Assembly: GCF_006345805.1 (NCBI RefSeq)
Contig: NC_043000.1
Span: 137,826,001 to 137,890,000 of the forward strand
DNA length: 64,000 bases
Source of the DNA: Octopus sinensis
Taxonomy: Eukaryota
Direction: 5' to 3'
Part shown: in pieces, positions 51,869 through 64,000 of the stretch
Layout of the letters: every line of letters starts with the position of its first letter
Position numbering within the stretch: position 1 is the stretch's first letter
The notes under the pieces: model-generated
The model's input: the letters and a program-made list of their open reading frames with translations, nothing else
Database searches by the model: none
What the model was told of the DNA's origin: nothing
Translations under genes and position numbers: made by a program

Positions 51869-52119
51869 CATTGGGAACCAATTAACCTCGACAACTGCTG
51901 ATTGTCACACACTGATGACGGGTCAGTACCCAGAAACTCGGCTCCGTGTGTATCACGTCAGGTTGGAGATGGGAATGATGGCTTCCCTCTGCAAATACTG
52001 TTAGGGCACAGAAACTGTGTCAATAGCCAGCAGGAGGAGGTGTCCTCCTGGGGCTACAAGCTACAATAGCATCCACCCTTAAAGGTTAGCCACATTTAAG
52101 TGTCAAATATACTTCACGA
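51668..52119 (+). mobile_element. 452-bp non-autonomous hammerhead-bearing insertion (retrozyme/pLTR-like)
   Basis: 12-bp TSD tatttcataatt (51656-67, 52120-31); 57-bp terminal direct repeat (51683-51739 vs 52061-52117, 53/57 identical); central hammerhead motif. Confidence 0.8.
51906..51950 (+). ncRNA. Degenerate type-I hammerhead ribozyme motif
   Basis: CACACa CUGAUGA c GGGU(CAGU)ACCC a GAAA CUCGGCUC cGUGUG. The stem I and stem II mismatches are CpG>CpA-type; stem III is imperfect. Confidence 0.6.
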
Positions 52120-53151
52120 TATTTCATAATTTCTTTTCATTTTACTGCCGGTAATATTCTGGTACATATCCTCATTAACAGAATAATTACTCTTATTGAT
52201 AGATATTAATTCAGAATAACCATGCGGTTTTAGGTCAGATGAAGGGTATGACATGATACATTATTTGAGACAGGCTGAAAATAAAGGATACAGGAGAGAA
52301 TTCAGGAATTTTACGTTGTTTTCTAGGCTTTCGCAAAATGTTTGATGCAGTGACCTGAGAGGCACCGATTGAAACATTAAAGACAATTGCTGGACTTAAT
52401 AATATTTTCCACATTATTATTTCTTTTGATGAGTCTTTGAACTTTGTACTTGTCTCCGGAGAATTGTCTGAATCAATCGGTATCAGAAAGTCCTGGCTAC
52501 TGTATTGGTGAAAACTACTTGAGTAATATCTATGGGTTTACGTGGAATGACGAAGATTGTTATAAATCTTTATTAAGAAATTTAGCACTTAAAATGGTAG
52601 TTTTTTATAACCAGTCTTAATTTAGGTGTACCGGACACGCAGTTCAGATGAATGAGGAATATCTACTCTAATTTCTACTTGGCAACTAACATTATGAAAG
52701 AGTTCGGTGTATTGGGAGAGGGCTTTTAATATACGGAGATAAACTGAAAACAAATTTATCAAATTGAAATATATCCATCGCTTGATTCAAAAGTAAGACA
52801 AAAAATTACTGAGCGAAAAATTATGAAGACATTCATGATACAATACAATAAAACAATTCGCTCTGCAAAGTTAGGAGAAAGAAGGAAAACAGGAGCATAA
52901 AATCCAAATTGAGCCCCCAGTGTTTCCGATCGTGCTGTTATCTGCACAGATTACGACTTTGTAAAATTGAACTCCGTGTAACGTATCATCGGAGGCAGAA
53001 GAATTAGGTAATTGACTGATGGTTAGGACCAACATATATAGAAATCAACGTGACACTCTCACACACACGCACACACATACACACACACGCACATACATAC
53101 ACACACACGCACACACACACACACACACACAGACAAAGACAAACACGTATA

Positions 53152-54271
53152 TTGGATTACAAAAATAATTCTGTTCGTTTTTCAAGGCAAAACATGACTC
53201 AAGTCTTCAACGCTAAGCTATTTATTCAATTCCTGATATAACTAATGTTCCAGTATTTTCTGCTATCTTGTGTGCAGATCTATTATTTCTTACTTAAAGA
53301 ATTTAATGGTGAAAAACTCTTTCAGGGTAATTTTTACATCTTCCTCAGGGTTGGCGGTCAGTCCGTTCAATGAATTTTGAGGAGAAAGAAACAGATGGAA
53401 ATCTGAAGCCTCAAGATTGGGCAGATATGCAGAGTGTGGCCAAAGTTCCCAGCCAACCTCCAGCAGGTTCTATCGCATCAGCAAATAAGTGTGCGGTCTG
53501 ACATTCTCGGCATGAAAACAATTCCCTACGATAAACAAGTACTGAACGCTTCCGGTGGATTGTCACGTTTAATTTGTCCAGCTGGTCACGGTATACATCC
53601 AAATTGATGCTCCTGTCTGTGAGAAGAAGCTCTTAAAAAGCAACAATTTTCGAATCGCATCATACTGAACGCATAACCTTTGAGTAAGTCATGCTTTGGA
53701 GATTGCTTGTGGTGGCCGCTGCGCTCTCATTTTCAGCTTCACATCCATTTTTCGTCTCTTGTCACCATTCTCTTCACGTTTTTGCAAAGAATCGCAGATG
53801 GAAATCCGTTAGGTGAGGGCTGATATAACCAAGTTGACGCAGATTATTTTCAACTCTTGATTTGGATGTTTGGAGAATATCTGGAACCTGGTCTCATAAC
53901 AAATGTTTGTGTCACCACTAATCTCAGTTGGCCGACGACCAAAGCGAGGTGCACTATGGACAGGAAAATGTTTCAATCAAAATCTTGAAAATCGCTCTGG
54001 CACACATGTTCTGTAATATTATCCTTTCTGTACACATTTACTTTTCTGCAAGTTTCCCCTGCTTTCTTAGCACTAATGTTTGTTTTGGTTCTCTGTCCTC
54101 ATTGCTATCCAAAGCACACAAACTACAACCTTTCTAGTCGAACATTCGTATAAAACTACGTTGAAGTGCCAAGTATCTAACGAGTGCGCATGCGCAAGGG
54201 GCAGACTGAAGTTAACTACTTGCTTGAGTGCTTCAAGTTTAGTGTCACCAAAATCGAACTATTTAACCCAA
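53152..54271 (-). mobile_element. Old mariner relic with diverged TIRs
   Basis: VTRDEKW, VYRDQLDKLN, RPH and ASDFHLF motifs. The ends ttggattacaaaaataattc / (reverse complement) ttgggttaaatagttcg each have a flanking TA; the TIR match is weak. Confidence 0.75.
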
Positions 54272-56639
54272 TACAAACACTCTATTCCTCTCTCTATCTT
54301 TCCCTTTCTCTTTCTCCCTCTTTCTGCCCCCACTCACTCTTTGAGAGTGTGATTGTGTGTTTGTGCGTGTATGTTTGTGTATAGTGTGCGTGTGTACATA
54401 TATATGTTATAAATACAAACGGCATAATTGAAAATATGTGCTACGTATTCACCATCGATTTTTAATTTATAGTAATTGAGCTAATACACGCTTTCTCAGT
54501 ATCGGAATGGCTATCTAGTTTGGATTTGAACTAGTATCTCACCACACACTAACGCAATAAATAATTTCCTATAAAACAAGGATGCTATATTTCATAGTTA
54601 TAATCTATATTCGTAATATTAATGTCGATGTCAATGATATGATCAACATACATTTAAGAAATATGATTCTGATGACGTTAGAATCGGAGTCAGATCTCAT
54701 CAAAGGCTTTCATTTCGTGTAAAACTGACTCCAATTCATGTGCCTTACTTTTTCACTTACGCTAAACTACAAAGTGTGACATTTCTCACTGCCACGTCCA
54801 AAGGAAATCATTATTTCAAGCGACGAAATATGACTACGTTTTCAAATTATCTTAGACTTTCAAAGTAAAAAAACAGAAAACAACTCTACCCACTCTTTAT
54901 TCTCCCTCAAAAACAAAAAAAAAAGAACACGTAAAATATGACTGAATAAGTGTATATATACCTGATTCAATTTCTTATGGTTTTCACTAGATTTTATTTC
55001 GATTTCGAAAATTATTAAATATATCCGATTTGAAGAAAGCTATTTTCCAAAACATTAAACACACATTTTCTCCCGCTTCTTTCTCTCTTTTTTTTTAAAG
55101 AAAAATTTCCTTTGTAATCTTGAACATAATTCTTCCTTGATATTTCACTTTCATATCGATAAATTCCAGTCGCATCTGTAGGAAGTTCATATTATATATA
55201 ATGTTTAAGTCTACTCATTTTTCCTTTATGTTGCTTTCCGATAAAAGCAAGAAGAATACAATTCCCCACCACTATCACCCAAAAACCCACAGAAAATAGC
55301 ATTCGCTTCACAGTGTGTAGACCCAATCAATCATCCTAAACTAATTAGCATATAGACTGATTTGAATAATTTTCAAAAAACAGTTTTGTAACGTATATTT
55401 ATCTTCCTTTATATTTTATTATTTCATATCTTACCCCAATTCATATTGGTATTTTATTATCTTTATAGTTTTAATTTACTATTGTAGATATTCCTTTTTT
55501 CTTTTTTTCCATCTGGTAAAACTTTTTTGTTTACATTTCAGCGAAAAATTCTTTTGTGAATATTTTGAAGTTATTCAGAGAAACGATTTTGTTCTTTTCT
55601 CTATATTTAAATTTCCTATTAAATCAGGCGTTGTGGGGAAGAGAGGCAATACTACCAGCCCTAGACACACACACACACACACACAAATACACGCACACAC
55701 GTACACACACATACACACTTATACATACACACACACATACATACACACGCGCATGCATATATATAGTAATTTATACTTATATAGTGACTATATGTATGTA
55801 TTTATGCGTATACATATATGTGTGAGTGTGAGAATATCTTCGTATATCCTTTGCGATTATGCATGTATGCAAACTGTGATACAAAATGTATACAGACGAA
55901 ATATATATTATTTTAATGGAACATTTGTAAAGGAAATAAATGAAAAAATATTTTTTTTAAATGCCGGGGAAAGAAAGAACACAAGATAAAAAACAGCATG
56001 TTGAGCAACAGAGTAACAACTAGAAAAAAATTCAAATAAAGTTATGTCTTTTGCATTATAAAGAAAAGCCTTTTTTCTGTTGGTATCTGATATTTTTAGC
56101 AAATGTCAGATTCTGTATTTTAACTGGTAACGTTTTTAACTTATTTTATTGCATTAGCAAGCAATAAATCAATTTTCTCATAAAGCTGAATAAAATACGT
56201 AAAGTATTGTTAAATTGAAAACTCAAATCTGTTGTAAACTTCCACGAGGGACCGCAAATTAGGAAGGCATTTAGTTAAGACATCTATCTTGAATATATTG
56301 AAGTATTTTGTACAAATTTTCTTGTTTGTTGCTTAAAGCAAAACAATTCTCTGATGGTTTGTTTAGCGTTCGTCGTTAATATTTACAAAATAATGATTTG
56401 TTGAATAGACGCAATTTCAAGAAAGATTACTGTCAAATATGTCGGCTACAGAACTTGGCAGGTGTATTTATTATTTTTTTTTTTTGATTTCAGAAAGGTG
56501 AAGTTTAATGTTGTCTTAGGCGGAATCGAAACTCCGATCTTAAATAGTCAGAACAAATGCCATTTCATCCGGCACAATAACCTATCATCACATCATTTAG
56601 AAACTCCTTTCGTTGACGAGATTATCAGATATTGTTATA

Positions 56640-56870
56640 CTCCACTGGTCACAATGCACTTTCCCACATTGTTGTAGCATACGAATGGCCGGACGACAAG
56701 CAGGCTAACATACTTCCTGAACAGGATGCCAATCCGTTAGAGGGATATCCAATTATTATTGGATGAACTGGGTCAACGTAAAATCAAGTGTTTTGCTGAA
56801 GAACCCAACTCACCACTGGTCTCGGAATCGAAACCAGGATCCTACGATCAAATAGCAAAACTCTAACAAA
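56640..56870 (-). mobile_element. Old tRNA-derived SINE relic
   Basis: Reverse complement gives gttagagttttgc...ggtttcgattcc (boxes A/B) and cttcagcaaaacactt, similar to the gagcaaaaacactt of family C. Confidence 0.45.
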
Positions 56871-58959
56871 ATTTAGAAAATACCATTAGAAATAAGTCTA
56901 TGATGTCTCTAATACTAATCACTTAACATATGACATGAAGTAGATTCAATTCCTGCATCCCTAAAACTGTCTTTGTGTGTTTGAAAGTAGACTTAGGAAT
57001 GCATCAAGGTTCTCTGTGTCAACTGCGTAAAGAATTAGTTTAATTCTTGTTTGGCTCTCTTGAATAGCTTCTAAAATAATAGCATACAATGCATAATTCA
57101 TTTGAAAGGCAATCTTAGTCATCAAATTATTGCTTAGTCTCAGGTGGGTCGTGTTTAAAATGGTTAAGATGTTTTTCCTGTGATTAGCTTTCAATTTTCT
57201 TCAGCTATTATATATATAAGACTACATTATTTATTTTAAGATGTAAGCTGTGATTTAAAGGATGTATGACTTCTATAGCTTAAACGGCTTCTTTAACTCA
57301 CCCTAATTGGATCATGAGCAAGCGTAATTCATTGACATAGTGAGAACATTTTCTCCATCAGATTCTGACTTTTATAGCAGAAAGTGAATTATTAATTAAT
57401 GTCCTATGAATCTTAATGTGCATTGCATCTGTTCGACATAATCTTCTTCTCACATTGAAACATAGAATATCATCAAAGAAAAAACGTGTTTTGCACCACA
57501 TTTAAATTGACAACAGTGATAGCATCAGAGAAAATTCTTGTTAAATTTCCACCAGCAAACATATGGTATCGATTTCAGCTGCGTAATAGTAAGTATTATT
57601 GGAACCATGGAGCATTAATTCTGCAATATAATTGGCTTAATATACATGCAACCACACATACTGACGCGCGCACGTTTGAAAGAAAATATGAAATGAAAGT
57701 TTTCTTTACATTAGCTACCTCACCCAAAATGTGAATACCTTAGTGTGACACAAATGAAATATTTCATTCAGTTTATACATTTTGATAAGGCATATCAATA
57801 TTAACAAATACAAAAGGCATCTCAAGAAAATTCAATGTAATATTTATATCATATATATCATATATATATATATTGCGGGGCGTCATTCAAAATAAGAACA
57901 AATTATTCAGGGTTAACATTGAAAATCTGCTATATTTCCTTTGTAACATCTTAATTTTCATGAGGAAGGAAATCTTTAGATCTGGTTGCAGATGGAAAGA
58001 TTACTAAATGAAAGAGAAAATACGAGAAATAAGTAATAGAATGAAAGAAATGCATTTTCTTTTCTTACAATCAAATATGAATTATGCTTGCTCGAATTAT
58101 TCTTTTTTAATTATCGGAAACATGGAAACCGAATGATAGATTTAGAAAAACATGATATTTGAAATATATCGACCATATTATCTAACAAAATTTGTTTCTT
58201 GGCTTAGATCATATTTCCTTGTCTTGGATACCGCCTATGTTCTCCACACATTACACCTGTGGGAGAAATTTGCTAGATTTACACTTGTTGACAGTAGTTT
58301 ATTAAGGACCGTATGCTTGAATCAGAAGAGCAACAAAGAATGCAAAATAGTCAATAATCGATATATACTTAGGTTTGCATCAGCATCAATCACTTGCTCC
58401 ATTTCAATGTTTTCGTTAGATCCCCGATGAAGACAAAACAGTCTATTGTTAATATGACTTAGCTATCAAATGACATCATCGAAAAGACATATTCCTGAAT
58501 ATTGAATTTGAACCGTGCAAGATAAAGGTCTTGGTAAAATCTTATGCACCGTTCCAGGAAAATGTTGATGACCTTATGAATAAGGCATTAGTTTCTTGGT
58601 TCTTGTTGCTCGATGGTGTCTTCTTCTTACTTCTGTTGCATTGCTAGCTTCAGTATTAGATCGCGTATGTCACATTCCGGTTATTCAGCTGAAATTATAT
58701 CACAGAATGGTCAAACTTATACCATATCGAGAAAATGGTTTTACACATTATTTCGTGATGTAGCTCCGCTGGTATGAGTTGAAGAGGTGTAATGAACGTG
58801 GATCGGCTTCGAGGATTTATACGTGGTGTTTGCAAGAAACTGCTGTATACAGTACACCTGCAAACAATAGTCAGTAAATATATGATAGAATAATATGAAC
58901 TTAAGACCTATTGAAGCTTGTTTAATTGTTTAATTTAGGAGGGCTAGAAAAGACTCATC

Positions 58960-59800
58960 ATCGTAGATTTTCAAGATGGTTCCTTGCGGTTTTATTACAC
59001 AACTGTTCGCGTCTAACCAGGTTTCAGTGCATTCTGTGTAAAACAGTAATACCGATTGCAGCGATTGCATGAGTAATGTTGTTGTTCAGTTCCTGTATTG
59101 CGCGAAATGTTTGTAACACTGCGCTCTTCAAGTCTCCCTAGAGATAATAATCACACGTTCGAACGTCAGGAGAACGGGGTGACCACAATTTGTTTCTAAC
59201 TGTGTATTTATTCTTCAGAGAAAATCCCATGGACCCCCTGTATGGATACCAGAGAGGGGTTGCAAGTCACCCCGTCCTTTTGTAAGGAGTACACCTCTCA
59301 TCCTCATCTTCAGTGAACAAAGCACAAAATTGTTTCAAAACCTTCATGTAGGCTCCCTGTTAACACTTCTGCGAAAAACTATTGATCCAATAATGCGTTT
59401 TCCTTGAAAGAGTACAACAAAACCCGATTTATTTTTATTGTTGAGTGGCTCCTTATACACAAGGTAAGGTTTCTCCAGCGCTCAGTACCATGTATTTTGT
59501 GGATTTACGTGGATGGGGAGATGAAATTATGCCTACAATGTGTGTAGCTCACAATGAACAATGCTATTCAGAAGCCGTGTGCAGTAATTTATCTGTTTGC
59601 TCTTGTCATCCTCTTTTAACTGCTGTACACATATGAAACGATACACCTTCAACTGAAAACTTTTCAACAGCCGTTGGCATGATCTCCTGTTTATCTGAGA
59701 CTGCTGCAGTAATTTATTTGTTGACGTTTTTATACTTCGAGTAATCTGTTGACGAATGTCTCGAATAACTTCCGGCGTTCGAGCTGTAGAGTCGGTTTTA
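58960..59800 (-). pseudogene. Degenerate maT-like Tc1/mariner transposase
   Basis: RTPEVIRDIRQQI..., KRIIGSIVF and LWSPRSPDVRTCDYYL*GDLKSAV...IQELNNNITHAIAAI match WPPRSPDLxPCD+YLWGxLK. Confidence 0.8.
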
Positions 59801-59954
59801 GTGTATTGTGCACTTGCTGTATTAATTTATTTTATTTATAAGTCCGAATTTATTTTCATGCATCGTATCTATCCATATATGTATGTATGCATGCATGTAT
59901 GTATGCATCTATGTATGCATGCATGCATGTGTGCATGTATATATGTATGTGTCC

Positions 59955-60014
<60 letters not shown>

Positions 60015-62629
60015 GTTTATCTATCTATCTATCTGTTTGTCAGTCTGTCTGTCTGTCTGTCTGTAAGTATATATATATACACACATACAAGGATAAGAAT
60101 GGAGAAAATTACATTTTTAGTTGATCAGACTTTATAATACCAACGGTCGCTTCTGTTGTGCCAGCATATTTTGATACAGAATATACCAATCAAATTAATT
60201 TTCCCGAAAATATATGTTGTTAAGTCAACGTTATCAAGGCAATCCAAGATAGGTAAGTTCAAAGTTAACTAACAAAGTATCTCTCGTAGACGAACGGATA
60301 CAGAAAGAACATTAACATGAAATAGTACATTCTAAAAGATGCAAGTTTAGAACTTAACTTTTGATGCCATCACTAGATAACGAAAGAAGCAAAAATAAAC
60401 ATAAGAATTCTACGTTACAAGAATTAAAAACACAAATTTTTTGAGTCAGGGCAGTTAGTTATCTATCTTTATATGCTAAACATTTTAAAGAAAATTATGC
60501 ATATTATATTACATAAAATTATACATATTATATTAAATGAAAAGCTGTTAATGAGTTATATATAATTGATATATTTAAATTGTTTTCTAAATTTGTGAGA
60601 GCATTTCAATGTTAAATTACCTTTATAATTCAACAATATTAATTTTGTAGTAAATATATAATACATTTCCTCAAGGCAAAACATCACATTTAAATTACCA
60701 GTATTGTACAAGAGCTCGCAACTAATAATGGGCTTTGTTAAATCATACTTAGTGTCCCTATCTTTTAACTCATAAATTTACTAAGATTCGTAGAATTACA
60801 TTTTCTTCAATACTTAAACGAATGAGAATAATTATGTAATCTAGATTTCCAAACAAAGTTATGTAATGATACATACGCTCTCTTGTTATGACCTTATATC
60901 GATAAACAATAATTTTCCTTAAACAATGATTTTGTAAATGACAGATAAATTTATTTTTGAACTTACAAAGATATATATCCACTTGTATGTGGTATTCATG
61001 GTTAATAGAATTAGTTCTAATTCTCCTCTCAGAAATAGGTGCTAAGGCAAGATTATTATCAGATTTCATGTTTTACATGACATTTAGCCATACATTACTT
61101 AATTTGCCACCGTATATTTGATCTTTCTGCGAAGAGGACTCATTGAATGAAGCATTACGTTATCTGATATATTACATGATACGCTATAAAATTTTTCAAA
61201 CAGATCTCTCTGAATAAATACCCACCACCCGTAAAACGCTAGAAAATCAATTTAATTTGCTTTAAATCTAATTATTTTAAAAATAAAATATGCATCTCTC
61301 TGGCAATATATCAACTACTAAGCCAAAGATTATGTAATTTTGATTACAACTGGCTTGAATTAACAGCTTTTTCTGGATTTGAATGATACACTCTATAACC
61401 AAAGTAGAATACCTATAAAAAATACCAATTACAATGCGTTAATCCGACACAAGAAGTTATACTTGTAAGCTATTATAAAATATGACACCAGATAATTTAA
61501 TGTAACAATAGAATAAATATTTATGACCAATTTAACCATATATAATGAATAATAGATGACAGTTCACTACATATTCGTTGAAAATTTTCTACATCCAAAT
61601 ACATTTGTTTCTTTTAAAGTTTGCAATTAGACAGAAATATTCGCAATGGTGTAGTTTCAGCATGTTTTTGAACTACACTCAAATGAATTATTGAGTGAAA
61701 AACAATATGGATGCAGAGAAATGTGAAAGCTGAATTCTGCTGTTTCAGAACGGACGTTCCTCAAACGATTGGAATTGTATAGAAATGAGATTTAACTTGA
61801 TTCAATTTGATTTATATGAAATTAGATACATAACACAAATAATCTTATGTCTGTAGTTTTAACAGTATTTTAGTGAAAGAAATGTAGATGATTTTCAGGA
61901 ATGTACAAGACAGAAAAGAACCATTTATCGTGCCATCTTGTATTTGATTTAGAAATAAATATTGGCTTCTATCACATTTAGAATTTAGCAAGAATCGGAA
62001 TAGAATTAAGAGGAAACTGGCAGTTTATCATCGACCAGGCAAGAACGAGAAGTGACTTTTGGATCGAAGGAACATCAATCTAGAAATCTAGGTTTCAAAT
62101 GGAAATGGCATTGGTGGCTTTATCACGATGCAACTTGAACAGAAACATTTAGAAAGACATGTCACAGGAAATTTGATCGATTCTTAAATGCTATTTACAA
62201 TTGTTTAGCGTTAGCGTTAGCGGGAAAGCTTTTGTGCCCTATTGGCTAATGTTAGTAGTTTTCGATTCAATAATGGTCATGGACAACATAATTCGAAACC
62301 ATTTTAGATTTGCTTCAGTGTGAGAGCTTCTAACCAGATATATAACATTCTTTTCCACCTAATCTAATATTATATATCAACAAATAAAACTAGTTGGTGT
62401 GAATATACGCAATACTAACTATATTTGACTTAACTTATCTTTTGACCGAAAGAATTTTCCAACTGGACTCTCCTCTAGTCAGCTCTTAGAACTGTTAAAT
62501 AATACTTTAAAATAAATGATTGATTATCCACTCGCTACCAATCAGTAAGATCCACATTAATTTTTTGTAGATTGGAGACCTGCGGATATCGTGATGAAAA
62601 TATATTGTGGTCACTTGACGCTTTATGAA

Positions 62630-62723
62630 AAAGAAATTTGCACTTAAGGTTCGAATATAACTATATATTCCGTGATAAAGAAATTTACACTCAAGGTTTG
62701 AATACAACTATATATTTCGTGAT
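62630..62723. repeat. 47-bp tandem duplication
   Basis: 62630-76 vs 62677-723 differ at 5 positions, all transitions. Confidence 0.9.
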
Positions 62724-62819
62724 GTAAATGCTTATTTTATATATTTCAATAGTTTTGCTGTCGACTACATTGCGGATCCATAAAGTATTGTATCACCACA
62801 AATGACTTCTTAAAAACAA

Positions 62820-63060
62820 AATAGGGTGAAGTGATTTTCTCGTTGCTTGTCTTTTCATGTAAAAGGATTACATCGCATTCTTAGAAATTAATATAATATC
62901 TGTCAGATATATTATGCCTATTAAAATACAAATGTATTGTACAGTTGGGAAAGTCTTTATACAACAATGGAAAGTGTGGCGATATCAGAAGTAATCGATA
63001 CTCTACAGCTTTCCGAGCCAAAGGGTAAGATTCTTCGCAATACATTCGCGCTGCTAGAAA
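62820..63060 (-). pseudogene. Possible hAT transposase dimerisation-domain trace
   Basis: EESYPLARKAVEY weakly resembles the hAT motif YPxLAxxAxxxL; short and degenerate. Confidence 0.25.
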
Positions 63061-64000
63061 GGGGAACCACATCCACTTCACACTATATCCTATATATTGA
63101 ATAGTTTTGCATCAAGCTCAATCTAAGTCGGACAATTTGAAGAGGAGCAAAAACAAATTAAACAGCGTTTCAGTACACCCTAATCAGAATTTTTCATATG
63201 TTTATTGACATCAACATCCACCGAAATACAAAACAAATGTGAGGTATTTACAAAATCAATTGAATTTTTTTATAACATTAAACAAACAGTTAGTTGTAAA
63301 AAAGTACATTGAAGTATCTTATTCTTTCATTTATGGATAATGCATTTCAGTTACTATACGGCAGGATGCTGAAAAGCTCCTAGATTTAAGGGTATCTCGA
63401 AAGAAATTCCTCGATATATTTCGATTCAATCTTCAGAATCAGCTTGCACGTAATAGGAATCTAACATACCAACTTATTACTTGGATTTTTGCAAATATAA
63501 TTCATTTTAAACATTCAAAATTCCGCATATTAATAAATAAAATTTAATCTCGCTTACATCACTGGTAAATACATTTAAATGATCAGAACATAGTTATCTT
63601 CAAATAAACCAGCATTTTATTTAGATGCTGACGAAATTACAGTTATGTAAATCATAGCAAAATTGTTAAGGAATTAAGGTAGTTTTCACAGCATTGTTTA
63701 ATTTACTTTGAACAGTAATAAAATCTTAACAGTATTTGAAATTACATCTAGTAGTTCGATTGGTATAAATCTTTGACTGAAGACGACAACGACGATGGCA
63801 ATACTGATAAATATCAATGATTATAAATTTTTAACAATTGTTTTAAAAGTATTTTTAGCTAAAGACAACTTTTAATATTTGCACTGTTATTATTTCGTTT
63901 AATCTCAAAATAACTGCTGCTTTATCAGATCGAAATGGAACACGCAGTGAAAGCGAAATGCAAATACAATCAAGTCGGTTGTTTTAGTTTCATCATCATT

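Larger units (their letters stand above)
50520..52700 (+). pseudogene. Degenerate RTE LINE (endonuclease plus RT), interrupted at 51668-52119
   Basis: FCNEFVIFVTNSLF*QANNQKTICMHPRSKD*QLIDYIIT (APE); CDNY..IS..TAGNIL...SE*PCGFRS...CFLGFRKMFDAV (RT domains 1-3). Outer boundaries are approximate. Confidence 0.8.

Noticed and set aside
61735-61770. Minus-strand UUGAGGA...GAAACAGC motif
   Set aside because: Core mutated and stem II out of register.
62205-62225. (TTAGCG)3 as a telomeric remnant
   Set aside because: Only three units and not TTAGGG.

Overview
AT-rich, microsatellite-dense eukaryotic DNA. The SINE repertoire looks like Octopus (cephalopod); this is from recall, not a database search. 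I can support no host protein-coding gene, so the window is intergenic or lies in a long intron, and nearly all ORF-track entries are microsatellite or TE read-throughs. Contents: three tRNA-derived SINE families (A, B, C) in about 18 copies or fragments; four mariner (DD34D) relics, three with recognisable TIRs; two maT-like Tc1/mariner transposase relics; RTE, R4/Dong-like and HERO-like non-LTR fragments; two or three non-autonomous Helitrons; and several foldback/MITE-like inverted repeats. The main finding is five minimal type-I hammerhead-ribozyme-like motifs in four different short non-coding repeat contexts, resembling Penelope pLTRs or retrozymes. One lies in a 452-bp insertion with a 12-bp target-site duplication and a 57-bp terminal redundancy. 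This insertion splits an old RTE LINE, and its layout fits retrotransposition of a circular or tandem self-cleaving RNA (inference).
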